Positions 1 to 10,151 of a stretch of DNA of 64,000 nucleotides are shown piece by piece. A model generated the notes under the pieces. The model saw nothing but the letters and a program-made list of their open reading frames with translations, ran no database searches and was not told where the DNA came from. The stretch is from Abditibacterium sp. (GTDB lineage Bacteria; Armatimonadota; Abditibacteriia; Abditibacteriales; Abditibacteriaceae): assembly GCA_965199495.1 (NCBI GenBank), contig CBDASK010000003.1, positions 3,296,001 through 3,360,000 of the forward strand. Reading direction: 5' to 3'. Made by a program: the position numbers and the translations under genes. The number at the start of each line of letters is the position of its first letter. Position 1 is the stretch's first letter.

Positions 1-15
1 AAAGGAATTATTCAC

Positions 16-954
16 ATGAGTCAAAACGGACATTCTTCAAACGGGCACAGCGCCAACGGCCACTCCAACAACGGCCAAACTTCTTCTTTCGCCACCAAAG
101 TCGGCTTAGCCGAAATGCTCAAAGGCGGCGTCATTATGGACGTGGCCAACGTCGAACAAGCGCGCATCGCTGAGGCTGCGGGCGCCGTGGCTGTTATGGC
201 GCTCGAACGCGTGCCTTCGGATATTCGCAAATTCGGCGGCGTCGCCCGCATGAGCGATCCGAAAATGATTCGCGAAGTTCAAGCCGCCGTGACGATTCCC
301 GTGATGGCGAAATGCCGCATCGGCCACATCGCCGAGGCGCGCATTCTGGAAGCGTTGGGCGTGGATTTCATTGACGAATCGGAAGTTTTGACGCCCGCCG
401 ACGAAGAGTTTCACATCGATAAACACGATTTCAAAATCCCGTTCGTGTGCGGTTGCCGCAACTTGGGCGAGGCGCTCCGCCGCATCGGCGAAGGCGCCGC
501 GATGATTCGCACCAAAGGCGAGCCGGGAACCGGCAACGTCGTCGAAGCCGTGCGCCATCTGCGCGCCGTCAACAGCGAAATCGCCCGCTTGAGCGCGATT
601 CCGCGCGAAGAACTGATGACCGCCGCGCGCGATTTGGGTGCGCCTTATGAATTGGTTTTGCAAGTCGCCCAGACTGGAAAAATGCCGGTTCCCAACTTCA
701 GCGCGGGCGGCGTAGCCACGCCCGCCGACGCGGCGCTGATGATGCAATTGGGCGCGCAAACTGTGTTTGTCGGGAGCGGCATCTTCAAAAGCGGCGACCC
801 AGAAAATCGCGCCCGCGCCATCGTGGACGCGGTGACTTTTTACGATAACCCGGCGAAATTGGCCGAAATCTCCGAAGGTTTAGGCGAAGCGATGGATTCG
901 CTCGACGTGCGCACGATGGCCGAAGCCGACAAAATGGCGACGCGCGGTTGGTAG
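16..954 (+). CDS. pdxS: pyridoxal 5'-phosphate synthase lyase subunit
   Basis: Motifs [49 protein letters not shown] and C-terminal RGW; AAGGA ribosome-binding site upstream. Confidence 0.97.
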   Translation: MSQNGHSSNGHSANGHSNNGQTSSFATKVGLAEMLKGGVIMDVANVEQARIAEAAGAVAVMALERVPSDIRKFGGVARMSDPKMIREVQAAVTIPVMAKCRIGHIAEARILEALGVDFIDESEVLTPADEEFHIDKHDFKIPFVCGCRNLGEALRRIGEGAAMIRTKGEPGTGNVVEAVRHLRAVNSEIARLSAIPREELMTAARDLGAPYELVLQVAQTGKMPVPNFSAGGVATPADAALMMQLGAQTVFVGSGIFKSGDPENRARAIVDAVTFYDNPAKLAEISEGLGEAMDSLDVRTMAEADKMATRGW

Positions 955-960
955 TCAATT

Positions 961-1063
961 TTTAGCCACGAAAAAGCACAAAAGAAACAAAAGGTTTGAC
1001 AGCATTCGCGCAAAGCAATGACTTCCCAACTTTTTGTTTCTTTTGTGCTTTTTCGTGGCTAAA
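961..1063. repeat. intergenic inverted repeat with 9-nt-period CACAAAA-type arms
   Basis: Perfect 32-bp IR (961-992 / 1032-1063) TTTAGCCACGAAAAAGCACAAAAGAAACAAAA, 39-nt spacer. Confidence 0.9.
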
Positions 1064-1077
1064 CAAAGGAACCAAGA

Positions 1078-1434
1078 ATGGACAAAATTTTACTTTCCGG
1101 CCTCCAATTTTTCGGCAAACACGGCTGTCATCCCGCCGAAAACGAGTTGGGCCAAATGTTCGTCGTGGACATCGAAGTTGACGCCGATTTGCAACGCGCC
1201 GCCGACTCGGACGATTTGAACGATACCATCAATTACGTCGAAATTTACAATTACGTCCGCGAAGTTATTCAAGGTCCAAGCGCGGCGCTATTGGAACATC
1301 TCGCGGGCAAAATCGGCGATTTCGCCCTACGCGACGAGCGCGTAATTGCGGCGCGCGTGCGCATCAAAAAACCGCACGTCGCGGTCGGCGGCGTGTTGGA
1401 TTATTTAGGCGTCGAGATTGAGCGACGGCGATAA
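1078..1434 (+). CDS. folB: dihydroneopterin aldolase
   Basis: Motifs GLQFFGKHG..E..LGQ.F.VD, DDLNDTINY and LLEHLA; upstream of folK. Confidence 0.95.
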   Translation: MDKILLSGLQFFGKHGCHPAENELGQMFVVDIEVDADLQRAADSDDLNDTINYVEIYNYVREVIQGPSAALLEHLAGKIGDFALRDERVIAARVRIKKPHVAVGGVLDYLGVEIERRR

Positions 1435-1585
1435 TGGAAATTGGTAGAAGGCATTCGTTTGGATGGCTCTGTCCTTCTCTTTCCAGACAGCATCGGCACG
1501 GTAGAGCTTCCGTATCGCCAAGTGTCAGGCGCCGATAAGTTTATCTATATTACAGTTTCTCTAAAAGCTAACTCTGCCAAAATCA

Positions 1586-2029
1586 ATGACAATCGCCTAT
1601 CTCGCGCTCGGCTCTAACCTCGGCGACCGCCACGCCAATTTGCGCCAAGCCGTCGCACAACTCGAACGCGTTGGCGTGCGCGTTGTCGCTCAATCGAAAA
1701 TTTATAGCTCGGTTTCCGTTGGTAGCGGCGGCGTTGGCCGATTTCTCAATGCCGTCGTGCGCATCGAAACCGGATTGAGCGCGCCCGAATTGTTGGGAAT
1801 GTGCCAGCGCGTTGAAGCGAGTTTGGGGCGCCGCCTACCAGCCACGCCGGGCGACAAGCGCGTTGGGCCGCGCGCGATTGATATTGATATTTTATTGTTT
1901 GGCGACGAAACTTACGATTCGCCAACTTTACAAATTCCGCATCCGCGCGCGCTGGGCCGCGATTTCGTTTTGCGCCCACTACTGGACGTGTTGCAAAGCG
2001 CCGATGCGCGCGAATGGGGAGAGTTTTAG
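1586..2029 (+). CDS. folK: 2-amino-4-hydroxy-6-hydroxymethyldihydropteridine diphosphokinase
   Basis: Motifs AYLALGSNLGD, FLNAV, GPRAIDIDILL, IPHPR and RDFVLRPL. Confidence 0.95.
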   Translation: MTIAYLALGSNLGDRHANLRQAVAQLERVGVRVVAQSKIYSSVSVGSGGVGRFLNAVVRIETGLSAPELLGMCQRVEASLGRRLPATPGDKRVGPRAIDIDILLFGDETYDSPTLQIPHPRALGRDFVLRPLLDVLQSADAREWGEF

Positions 2030-2031
2030 GC

Positions 2032-2101
2032 AAGGCTGAAGGATAAAAAGTGACTGAGCGAATTTCCACCTTTATCCTTCAGCCTTAATCCTTTATCCTT
2101 T
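2032..2101. repeat. heptamer-period inverted repeat (CTTTATC/CTTCAGC type)
   Basis: 16-bp IR AAGGCTGAAGGATAAA (2032-2047 / 2071-2086) followed by further CTTWATC heptamers; a degenerate relative lies at about 7246-7280. Confidence 0.7.
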
Positions 2102-2105
2102 CCCC

Positions 2106-2501
2106 GTGCTTCGGACAATGATTAAGGCCAAGATTCATCGCGCGACGGTGACGCAGGCCGATTTGAATTATGTGGGATCGCTGACCATTGACAAAGAATT
2201 GATGGAAATGTGCGATATTTTGCCCAATGAACAGGTTCACGTTCTCAACGTGACCAACGGCCAGCGCATGGTGACTTATGCCATCGAAGGCGAGCGTGGT
2301 TCGGGCGTGATGTGTCTCAATGGCGCCGCCGCGCGGCACGGTCAAAAGGGCGACGTTGTGATTGTTATTACCTACGCGCATTACACCGACGAAGAGGCGC
2401 GTGGGTTGCAGCCACGCGTTGTGGTTGTTGACGAAAATAACGCGCCAATACCCATGCTTCTCACTGAAAAAGCGGGGGCGATTGCCGTTACCACGCGTTA
2501 A
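2106..2501 (+). CDS. panD: aspartate 1-decarboxylase
   Basis: [21 protein letters not shown] (GS autocleavage site) and LNGAAAR; GTG start. Confidence 0.96.
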   Translation: MLRTMIKAKIHRATVTQADLNYVGSLTIDKELMEMCDILPNEQVHVLNVTNGQRMVTYAIEGERGSGVMCLNGAAARHGQKGDVVIVITYAHYTDEEARGLQPRVVVVDENNAPIPMLLTEKAGAIAVTTR

Positions 2502-2521
2502 TTTTTAGAGGTTTATTCGTT

Positions 2522-3214
2522 ATGTCGTTTGAAATGCCACTTTTCCCGCTCAGCGTGGTGCTGTTTCCCGGAATGCCACTGCCGCTGCATATTTTCGAGC
2601 CGCGCTATCGTCTGATGATCGAGCGTTGCCTCGATAACGATAGCACTTTCGGCGTCGCGCAGATCATTGAGGGACAAGAAGGCTACGCCGACACGCGCCC
2701 GGCGCCCATCGGTTGCGCGGCGGAAATCATCGAAGTTTCGCCCTATGCCGACGGGCGTTTGAATGTGCAAACGTTGGGCACGCGGCGCTTCGAGATTTTG
2801 TCGTATCGCGAGCAGGACGATTATCTGGTCGGCACCTGCCAGTGGCTTGAAGATGACAACGACGAAGACGGTTTAGTGCGCGCCTCAATGCGCATTCGCG
2901 GATTGTTGTCGCGCTATTTCGATTCTTTGTCGCTTTCGACGGCTTTGCCCGCCGAACTCGGCGATTTGGACGTGCCGCAGGAACCTTACGCGCTTTCGAT
3001 GTTCATCGCCGCGATTATGACGTTGCCCAACAATCAAAAGCAAACTCTACTGGAAATGACTTCGACCAAGGCCAGATTAGAAGTCGAGGAGTTTTTGCTC
3101 GAACGCGCCGAAATCGTGCATCGCGCCTACGCCGCGCGCGCCGCGCAGGGCGGCGTCGAACCGCCGATTGATAGTAGTCTGGGCCATTACGCGCATTTCG
3201 TTTCGTTGAATTAG
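2522..3214 (+). CDS. LON peptidase substrate-binding domain protein (stand-alone LON N-domain)
   Basis: MPLFPLSVVLFPGMPLPLHIFEPRYRLM signature; no AAA or protease domain. Confidence 0.9.
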   Translation: MSFEMPLFPLSVVLFPGMPLPLHIFEPRYRLMIERCLDNDSTFGVAQIIEGQEGYADTRPAPIGCAAEIIEVSPYADGRLNVQTLGTRRFEILSYREQDDYLVGTCQWLEDDNDEDGLVRASMRIRGLLSRYFDSLSLSTALPAELGDLDVPQEPYALSMFIAAIMTLPNNQKQTLLEMTSTKARLEVEEFLLERAEIVHRAYAARAAQGGVEPPIDSSLGHYAHFVSLN

Positions 3215-3230
3215 GTCGCGCGAATTGCAG

Positions 3231-3268
3231 AAAGGCCGCAATTGCATTTGTGCAATCGCGGCCTTTTT
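3231..3268 (+). terminator. probable intrinsic terminator
   Basis: AAAGGCCGC-ATTGCA..TGCAAT-GCGGCCTTTTT hairpin with T-tract between convergent genes. Confidence 0.7.
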
Positions 3269-3293
3269 CGCTGAGATTTATGCAAATGCAAAT

Positions 3294-3391
3294 GTAGGGT
3301 CAAAACATGTTTTGACCGCGTCGCCAAAGTCCGCGTTTATGTTTTAAAATTGCCGACATTATTGCGCGGTCAAAACATGTTTTGACCCTAC
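3294..3391. repeat. GTAG-type REP doublet (REPIN-like)
   Basis: Perfect 27-bp IR GTAGGGTCAAAACATGTTTTGACCGCG (3294-3320 / 3365-3391); each arm is a GTAG tetranucleotide followed by a palindrome. Confidence 0.85.
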
Positions 3392-3411
3392 GGGGATAAC
3401 TGTGTAATGCT

Positions 3412-5823
3412 TTACTTGTTCGCCTTAAAACGCACGACCGTCACCGAATAAGCCGGAAACGTGTGGCTAAAATTCGGCCCAACGTTATTCAAAATCGTTG
3501 TGACCGGCGCGATTTTGGTTGGGTTCTCGACGGAGTTCTGATCGCTCGGCAAACCGCTCAATACCTGCGCTGTGGCTGTATCGGCCAGCCCGCGCACGCC
3601 TGTCATATTGACGTTCATCGTTTGCGGCGCATCGGAGAAATTGACGGCTTTAAGGAAAATTTCGCCGGTTTGGGTGTTGCGACTGGCGACCGAATAAAAT
3701 GATGAAGGCGCCGCGTCGGTCGCCTCGTTGATGAGTTTGCCGTCGGCGTAGGCGCGAATTTTGTCGCCGCGCACTTCGATTTTGAGGTCATACCAATGAT
3801 TGGATTCGACCGTGAACGGAGAATTGCTGCCGATTTCGCTGGAACTGCCAGCCACGATGCGTTGAATCCGACTGCGCACGTTGCTCCAACCGCCGACGTT
3901 CCACCACAAATAATTATCGGCGTTGCGCACGCGAAACGGAATTAAAAACCCTTCGGCGCCGCCGGTTTTGCGCGCGCGCAGCGTCAAATCGTAGTCCGTC
4001 CAGTTGACATCGCCCACGAACGATTGCGCCGGTTGTTCGCCACTGGTCTGCGCATAAACGCCATTGGCGGTTTTCCAATCGCCTTTATTCGTCTCGAAAC
4101 TGGGCGCGCCGTTCCCAAAATCCTGCGCATATAAAACGCGACCGTCGGGCGCGGTCACTTTGAGGTCGTCGAATTGCGCCTGCGTGTTCCATGTGCCCAC
4201 GCCAACGCGCCCGCCGCTCATGTTTTGCGCAGTTGGCGCGGACGTGATGTTCACCGGCAAAATCGTGTCACCGGTATTTTGAGCGAACATCGTCTGCACA
4301 TAATACGAAGGCGAACCAAACGAATGCAGCGCGTCGTAACCGATGAGATTGGTGCCCCACTGCCAGCTTTTGGGGTTGACGTTGGTAAATAAGGGCGCGT
4401 AAGCCTCCATCATCACATGATCGGAGTTGCGCAGCAAACCGGTCAGCCACGCCGCGTCGCCCAGCGCGGCTTGCATCGTCGGCGTCGGTTCGCCTTCCAT
4501 CGAAGCCCATTCGCCCACGAAAGTTTTCGGGCCTTTGCGGTCGGTTGCGTCGTAATGCGTGGAATCGGCGGCCATCGCGCGTCCGCTCCGATAATAGTGA
4601 TCGTCAACGATATCGGGCGTGCGCCCTTTCACGTCGCCGCGCGTGGCGATAATTTGAATGTCGGGATGTTTGGCTTTAATCGCGTCATAAAAGCGTGCGA
4701 AGCGCGCGTCATAAACGCCCACTTTGTCAAAGAAATCTTCGTTGCCGATTTCGACAAAACGCACTTTGAACGGCGCCGCATGACCATGTTTGGCGCGCAA
4801 TGCGCCCCATTTGGTGTCCGTGCCGCCCGCAAGATATTCGATTTCGTCCAAAGCGTCCTGCACGAGTGGCCCGACATCGGCGTCATCGGGCAGCCACGGG
4901 CGCCCATCGGACACGCCCAAAACCGATTCCATGCCTAAATCTTCGCACCACTGCGCGAATTCCAAAAGCCCCAATCCGTTGCTCGATTTGTAACCCCACG
5001 CGCCCGGCCCAACTTCGCGCTGTTCCAGCGGGCCGATAGTTTTCTTCCACTCGTAATGCCCCGGATCGAGATAGTTGCCGCCCGGATAACGCAAAAACGT
5101 CGGCTTCATCGCGGCCATTTTCTCCATCAAATCCACGCGATTACCGTTGGCCCGGTTTTTATAAGTCGGCGGAAACAGCGAAACCAGCGTCACCCAGACC
5201 GTGCCCGGCGCGCTCGCCCGAATTGCCAAACTGTTCGATTGCGAAGGCGCGATATTCCCCGTTTTCAGCGTGCCCGAATACTTTTTCCACGTCGTCGTCA
5301 ACGCACCCGTGCGCGTCTGAGCGAAGGTGATTTTGCTGACGTTGCTTTCGATGCCCGCGCGTAATTCGCCGTTGAAACCGGGCGCGGCCTTGGCCCAGAA
5401 CGAAACTTGATACGTCGTGTTCGGCTTAACCGGCACGCCCCAAAAACCGTCGTTTTTCACGCCCGCGCCCGCCTGTTGCGCGTCCAAACGCAAACTGTGC
5501 GTCAATGTCGTATCGGGCACGGGCTGCGATTCGTCCAGCGCCATCGTGCCCGCCATGATGTCGGTGAGCGACCAATGGATCGGCGTGGCTGCGTCTTGCA
5601 ATGAGCGATTACACACCAGTTCCGCGTAAAGCCCACCATCAAACGCGTGATTAATTTCTTCAGTCATCATGCCGTAGAAAACCGGGCTGATTACAACGCC
5701 GGGTTTATCGGCGCTAATCGTCAGTTGGCCAGAGTTCGCGCCCTGAGCGTAGATCAACGGAGCGGCGCTTAAAAGCAGCGTCGCCGCCAGTGCAGAAGCG
5801 GAAGCGAAGTGACGTTTAGTCAT
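3412..5823 (-). CDS. secreted alpha-L-arabinofuranosidase (GH51) with CBM-like and inserted beta-sandwich domains
   Basis: Signal peptide; EEINHAFDGGLYAEL, FLRYPGGN, VEIGNE, VDDHYY, FVGEWA and C-terminal FPAYSVTVVR. Confidence 0.9.
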   Translation of the reverse strand: MTKRHFASASALAATLLLSAAPLIYAQGANSGQLTISADKPGVVISPVFYGMMTEEINHAFDGGLYAELVCNRSLQDAATPIHWSLTDIMAGTMALDESQPVPDTTLTHSLRLDAQQAGAGVKNDGFWGVPVKPNTTYQVSFWAKAAPGFNGELRAGIESNVSKITFAQTRTGALTTTWKKYSGTLKTGNIAPSQSNSLAIRASAPGTVWVTLVSLFPPTYKNRANGNRVDLMEKMAAMKPTFLRYPGGNYLDPGHYEWKKTIGPLEQREVGPGAWGYKSSNGLGLLEFAQWCEDLGMESVLGVSDGRPWLPDDADVGPLVQDALDEIEYLAGGTDTKWGALRAKHGHAAPFKVRFVEIGNEDFFDKVGVYDARFARFYDAIKAKHPDIQIIATRGDVKGRTPDIVDDHYYRSGRAMAADSTHYDATDRKGPKTFVGEWASMEGEPTPTMQAALGDAAWLTGLLRNSDHVMMEAYAPLFTNVNPKSWQWGTNLIGYDALHSFGSPSYYVQTMFAQNTGDTILPVNITSAPTAQNMSGGRVGVGTWNTQAQFDDLKVTAPDGRVLYAQDFGNGAPSFETNKGDWKTANGVYAQTSGEQPAQSFVGDVNWTDYDLTLRARKTGGAEGFLIPFRVRNADNYLWWNVGGWSNVRSRIQRIVAGSSSEIGSNSPFTVESNHWYDLKIEVRGDKIRAYADGKLINEATDAAPSSFYSVASRNTQTGEIFLKAVNFSDAPQTMNVNMTGVRGLADTATAQVLSGLPSDQNSVENPTKIAPVTTILNNVGPNFSHTFPAYSVTVVRFKANK

Positions 5824-5902
5824 GAAATTAGTGTGGAGAAGGCATTTATAGTCTATGCTGCCAACCGCATATTTCGGTCTTATTTACCGGCGTGGCTGCT
5901 TT

Positions 5903-7192
5903 TCAGCGCGTCGGCAACTCGACGCGAAACGCGGTGCCGTGGCCTTCTTCCGATTCGACTTCGACGTGCCCACCGTGATTCTCAACGATATGTTTGACAA
6001 TCGCCAGCCCCAAACCCGTTCCACCTTCGCTGCGTGAGCGCGCTTTGTCCACGCGATAAAATCGCTCGAAAACGCGCGGCAAATCGTCGGCGGGGATGCC
6101 GATGCCGGTATCGCTGACTTCTAAAATCGCCGTCGTGCCGTCGTTATTTTCGCTCAGTTTCAGCGCGACTTGCCCGCCTTTGGGCGTATACGAAAGCGCG
6201 TTGTCCAACAAATTGAACGCGACTTGTTCCAAAGCTGCGGCGTCTCCACTCACGATGACGGGCGTGAATTCGCCATTTTGTTCGTCCGGTTGCCAACCGA
6301 TTGCGACGCTGTTGCGCCCGGCTTTGTCGCGCAGACTGTCCACCACGTTACGCACCAATTGATTCAGTTCGACCGGCGCGCGCACCGATTTTTCAGCCGC
6401 TTCGGCGCGCGCCAAATCGAGCAAATCCGAAACGAGGCGCGATAAGCGTTCGGCCTCGGAAACGAGCGGCGGCAGAAAACGCGCGATGAGTTGAGTGTCG
6501 CCCGGCGCGTGCAGCATCGTTTCGGCGGTCGCGCGAATGTTGGCGATGGGCGTGCGCAATTCGTGCGAAGCGTTGGCGACAAAATCGCGGCGCACGCGTT
6601 CGAGGCGGCGCAATTCGGTCATGTCCTGCACGATAGCCACGGCGCCGACTTCGGCGCCCGCGCCCGAATAAACCGGTGCGACGCGCAGAAAAACTTCGCG
6701 GATTTTGGGCGCGTAAAGATGCAATTCCTGCGCGCTCGATTGTCCGTTTTGAAGTGCCGCGCGCATCGCCGCGTCAATGCCAAACGAGGGCAGCGCCTCG
6801 ATTAAACTGGCGCCCAAAACGTCTTCGATGCGCAACGCGAACAACTGCAACGCCGCGTGATTGACGAATCGCAAACGCGCCTGCGAATCCACCACTAAAA
6901 CCGCGTCTTGCAGCGAAGCCAACACATCTTCCAAATCGCGGCGCGCGCGCGCTTGCTCGGTTTGCGATTCTTCCAGAGCCGCGCGTTGCGTAGTCAGGCG
7001 GCGCCACAACGTTTGTTGGTCGGTGGGCAAATTTGCCGTCAGCTCGTTGATTAAGCCATCGTTGCGCGAGGCGTAGGCGGTCAAAATATCGCGTCTCTCC
7101 GCTTCGCGAGCATTGCTGCGTCGCAGAGTTAGCAGCCACGCCGCGCCCAAACCCAACGCCAATGTCCCAAATAATGCGGCCTCAATGTTCAT
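5903..7192 (-). CDS. PAS-domain sensor histidine kinase (PhoR-like)
   Basis: Start reassigned to ATG 7192 (MNIEAA). TM helix, PAS, H-box RDFVANASHELRTP, N-box NLLDNA, DTGIGI, FERFYRVDKARSR, GTGLGLAIVKH. Confidence 0.9.
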   Translation of the reverse strand: MNIEAALFGTLALGLGAAWLLTLRRSNAREAERRDILTAYASRNDGLINELTANLPTDQQTLWRRLTTQRAALEESQTEQARARRDLEDVLASLQDAVLVVDSQARLRFVNHAALQLFALRIEDVLGASLIEALPSFGIDAAMRAALQNGQSSAQELHLYAPKIREVFLRVAPVYSGAGAEVGAVAIVQDMTELRRLERVRRDFVANASHELRTPIANIRATAETMLHAPGDTQLIARFLPPLVSEAERLSRLVSDLLDLARAEAAEKSVRAPVELNQLVRNVVDSLRDKAGRNSVAIGWQPDEQNGEFTPVIVSGDAAALEQVAFNLLDNALSYTPKGGQVALKLSENNDGTTAILEVSDTGIGIPADDLPRVFERFYRVDKARSRSEGGTGLGLAIVKHIVENHGGHVEVESEEGHGTAFRVELPTR

Positions 7193-7281
7193 AGTAAGAA
7201 AGGATAAGACATAAAGCACGCCACAACACAAATCGCCAAAACGCTCTTTATCCTTCCGCCTTCATCTCATATCCTTCATTT

Positions 7282-7755
7282 ATGGTTCGCATTTTATTCG
7301 TTTGTCTGGGCAATATTTGCCGCTCGCCGATGGCCGAAGCGATTCTGGTTCATCGCGTCAAAGACGCGGGTTTGTCAAGTCAAATCGAGATAGATTCGGC
7401 GGGCACCGGCGACTGGCACATCGGCGATTCGCCGCACGAAGGCACGCTCCAAATATTGAAAACAAATGGCATCGAACATCCGATGCGTGCGCGTCAAATC
7501 GTCGCGTCAGATTTGGACGAGTTCGATTATTTGATCGTGATGGACGACAAAAACGAACGCGACGTGCGCGCCGTGGCTGCTGCCGGGGACAGGGCACATA
7601 TCGCGCGTTTGTTGGATTATCTGCCTGAAGCCACAGACAAAAATGTGCCCGATCCTTATTTTACCGGCGACTTCGACGCGGTTTACCGGATGGTCAGCGC
7701 GGCGTGCGACAATCTGCTGGAAGCGGTCAAACGAGAACATCAACTGTCAATTTAA
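7282..7755 (+). CDS. low molecular weight protein-tyrosine phosphatase
   Basis: P-loop FVCLGNICRSPMAE, DSAGT and VPDPYF. Confidence 0.95.
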   Translation: MVRILFVCLGNICRSPMAEAILVHRVKDAGLSSQIEIDSAGTGDWHIGDSPHEGTLQILKTNGIEHPMRARQIVASDLDEFDYLIVMDDKNERDVRAVAAAGDRAHIARLLDYLPEATDKNVPDPYFTGDFDAVYRMVSAACDNLLEAVKREHQLSI

Positions 7756-7853
7756 TTGAAAATTTCCTTCGCACGAACTCGCGCCATCAGCCAAACTGAG
7801 AGGTGTCAATTGCCCGGCAACTGACGTCTTAATTCATCAGATTTTCAAACCCC

Positions 7854-8432
7854 ATGAGACTCCCCGCCGTTCCCTCGGATAATCGGTTCCGAATTTTAGT
7901 TGTCGAAGATGACGCGATGATCGCCAAGTTGTTGGTCATTCATCTGGAAAAAGCCAAATTTCAGGTCGTTCATGCGAGCGATGGTCTGGCAGGTTGGAGC
8001 CAGTTCAGTCGGTATGACCCGCATTTAATTATCACCGACATCAATATGCCCGGTCTATCGGGACACGATTTGGTCGAGAAGATTCGCGGGACTTCGAGCG
8101 TGCCGATTTTGATGATGACCGCCGCCGACAGCGAAGATTATCAACTGAGGGGCTTTAAATCCGGTGCCGACGATTATATTCCCAAGCCCTTCAACCCCAA
8201 ACTGCTCATCGCACGCGTCGTGGCCAACCTGCGCCGCGTCTATCGCTACGACGCCGAAATCACGAGCGCCCAAACTAAATCCGAAGTCCATTCGGGCGCG
8301 GACTGGCCCCGATGCGAAAATTGCGATTATATCGGCCCCGCCAGCCGCTTTCAGTTCGTCACAGCCACCGGCCAAACGGTCGCCCAGTGCCCCAACTGTA
8401 AAGCCCGCAACGTCTCGTTTAAGCTGGGGTAG
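7854..8432 (+). CDS. response regulator receiver fused to a C-terminal zinc-ribbon-like domain
   Basis: Receiver motifs ILVVEDD, DINMPG and GADDYIPKPF; C-terminus CENC-x21-CPNC. Confidence 0.85.
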   Translation: MRLPAVPSDNRFRILVVEDDAMIAKLLVIHLEKAKFQVVHASDGLAGWSQFSRYDPHLIITDINMPGLSGHDLVEKIRGTSSVPILMMTAADSEDYQLRGFKSGADDYIPKPFNPKLLIARVVANLRRVYRYDAEITSAQTKSEVHSGADWPRCENCDYIGPASRFQFVTATGQTVAQCPNCKARNVSFKLG

Positions 8433-8471
8433 TTGCGGATTTCGGAAATCTGGTAAACCAAAAGACTCACT

Positions 8472-9332
8472 ATGAATTGGACACTTTCCGCATTTTCCGA
8501 CGAAGCGGGCTCTTCTGCCGAAGAGCAAATCAACGCGCTGTTGCGCGCTGGCCTGCGTTTCATTGACATCCGTGGCATTGACGGCCACGGCATCACCTCG
8601 CTGCCAATTGAGCAGGCGAAAATCGTCAAAGCCAAACTCGATGATCACGGCATCGTCACGCAGATGTTCGGCTCGCCCATCGGCAAAATCGAAGTGGACG
8701 ACGAACTTTTGCTCGACATAGACAAGCTCAATCATCTGGGCGAAATGGCGCCGATTTTCGGTTGTAGCGCGGTTCGGATGTTCTCGTATTACAACAAAAA
8801 CGAGCAGACGCACGGCGATTGGCAAAAGCAGGTTTTGGAGCGCATGGAAACGCTGCGTGACCGCGCCGAAAAGATGGGTTTGGTTTTGTATCACGAAAAC
8901 GAGCGCCACATCTTCGGCGATTTAATCGCCGATGTCGAAACCTTGGCCGATTTGCGCAACGCCAATTTTAAGCTGATTTTCGATTTCGATAATTACCAGC
9001 AGAGCGGCGAGGACGTGTGGAACGGTTGGGAGCGACTGCGCGACCGCACCGACGCGATTCATTTGAAAGATTCGACATCGGATAACAGGCACGTTCCGGT
9101 CGGGCAGGGCAACGGCCAAGTCGAGAAGATTTTGGCCGATGCCGTTGCCATCGGTTGGAGCGGCCCGCTGACTTTGGAGCCGCATTTGACGCATTCCAAC
9201 GCGGTGGTTTCGACTGGCCCCAGTGGTCAGCAGAATCAGGCGTATTCCGCGATGGAACCCGCCGAAAGTTTCGAGATTGCTGCGCAGGCGGCCAAAGATT
9301 TGTTGGCAAAAGTCGGCGCAGATTGGTCGTAA
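8472..9332 (+). CDS. sugar phosphate isomerase/epimerase (xylose isomerase-like TIM barrel)
   Basis: Motifs SAFSDE, GSPIGK, LYHENE, FDFDN, IHLKD and LEPHL. Confidence 0.85.
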   Translation: MNWTLSAFSDEAGSSAEEQINALLRAGLRFIDIRGIDGHGITSLPIEQAKIVKAKLDDHGIVTQMFGSPIGKIEVDDELLLDIDKLNHLGEMAPIFGCSAVRMFSYYNKNEQTHGDWQKQVLERMETLRDRAEKMGLVLYHENERHIFGDLIADVETLADLRNANFKLIFDFDNYQQSGEDVWNGWERLRDRTDAIHLKDSTSDNRHVPVGQGNGQVEKILADAVAIGWSGPLTLEPHLTHSNAVVSTGPSGQQNQAYSAMEPAESFEIAAQAAKDLLAKVGADWS

Positions 9333-9352
9333 TTCGTCTTGAAAAGGCCCGT

Positions 9353-9503
9353 GTTTGTTAATTTTGACCACAAAAACATAGAAACCACAAAGGGCACAAA
9401 AAATTCAAATAGACTTGGTCGAGCTTTCTTTCCTGAATAATTTCCCTGCCAAACCTTTGAATATTTTGTGATTTTTGTGGTTTTGTGGTCAAAATTAACA
9501 AAC
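9353..9503. repeat. intergenic inverted repeat with 9-nt-period CACAAA arms
   Basis: 23-bp perfect outer IR GTTTGTTAATTTTGACCACAAAA (9353-9375 / 9481-9503) plus degenerate CACAAA repeats inside. Confidence 0.85.
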
Positions 9504-9522
9504 GTACTTTCTTCCAAAAAAT

Positions 9523-10077
9523 TTAGCGAGCGAATTGGCTTTGGGCATCTTTGCGCTGCAAATCGCTGCGCAGGTCGGTGGCATCGCTGTGGCGTCCTTG
9601 GTCGTCCAGCTTTTGCGCGGCGCGCTGGCACAGATTAACGAAGGTTCGACGCTGCACCGGAGTTAGAGGAATTAAATCGCGGCCTTCCATTTCGAGTAAA
9701 ACCGCCTCGGACAAGCCGAGGCGGTCGGCGAATTCGCGCGGGTTAATTCCCAAACTCCAACGCACGCGCCCCATCAAACTGGTGGGTTCGCCGTGGTTGC
9801 GATGCTGCACCGCTTGATAGGGCGTTGGCGCGTTATCTACCGCGCAAAGACGCAGGTTGCAATCATAATTTGCGCGTTTTTCCGGGTTGCCCAGAATGCT
9901 ATACGCCTCAATGATCCGTTTGATGGCGACTTCGGCGGCTTCGCGCCGCCCCGGATTGGCGTCGGGATGGTGTAACCGCACCAAGTGGCGATAGGACGCC
10001 TTAATCTGTTCATCGCTGGCGACGGGCGGCACCTCCAAAATGGCGTAAAAATCGGTCGCTCCACTGTTTCGAGACAT
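9523..10077 (-). CDS. J-domain protein with C-terminal HTH-like region
   Basis: J domain DFYAILEV..IKASYR...HPD; then VRWSLGINPREFADRLGLSEAVLLEMEG, which resembles an XRE HTH. Start probably ATG 10077. Confidence 0.8.
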   Translation of the reverse strand: MSRNSGATDFYAILEVPPVASDEQIKASYRHLVRLHHPDANPGRREAAEVAIKRIIEAYSILGNPEKRANYDCNLRLCAVDNAPTPYQAVQHRNHGEPTSLMGRVRWSLGINPREFADRLGLSEAVLLEMEGRDLIPLTPVQRRTFVNLCQRAAQKLDDQGRHSDATDLRSDLQRKDAQSQFAR

Positions 10078-10151
10078 AAGAGAAACGTATAGATGCAAAG
10101 AAATCGCCGCTTAACACCTCTGTTTTTGAAACAGCGCGAATTTTAAACCAA

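Noticed and set aside
5903..7192. Assigning the symbol phoR
   Set aside because: The sequence is PhoR/WalK-like, but there is no phoB or pst context in the window to confirm it.
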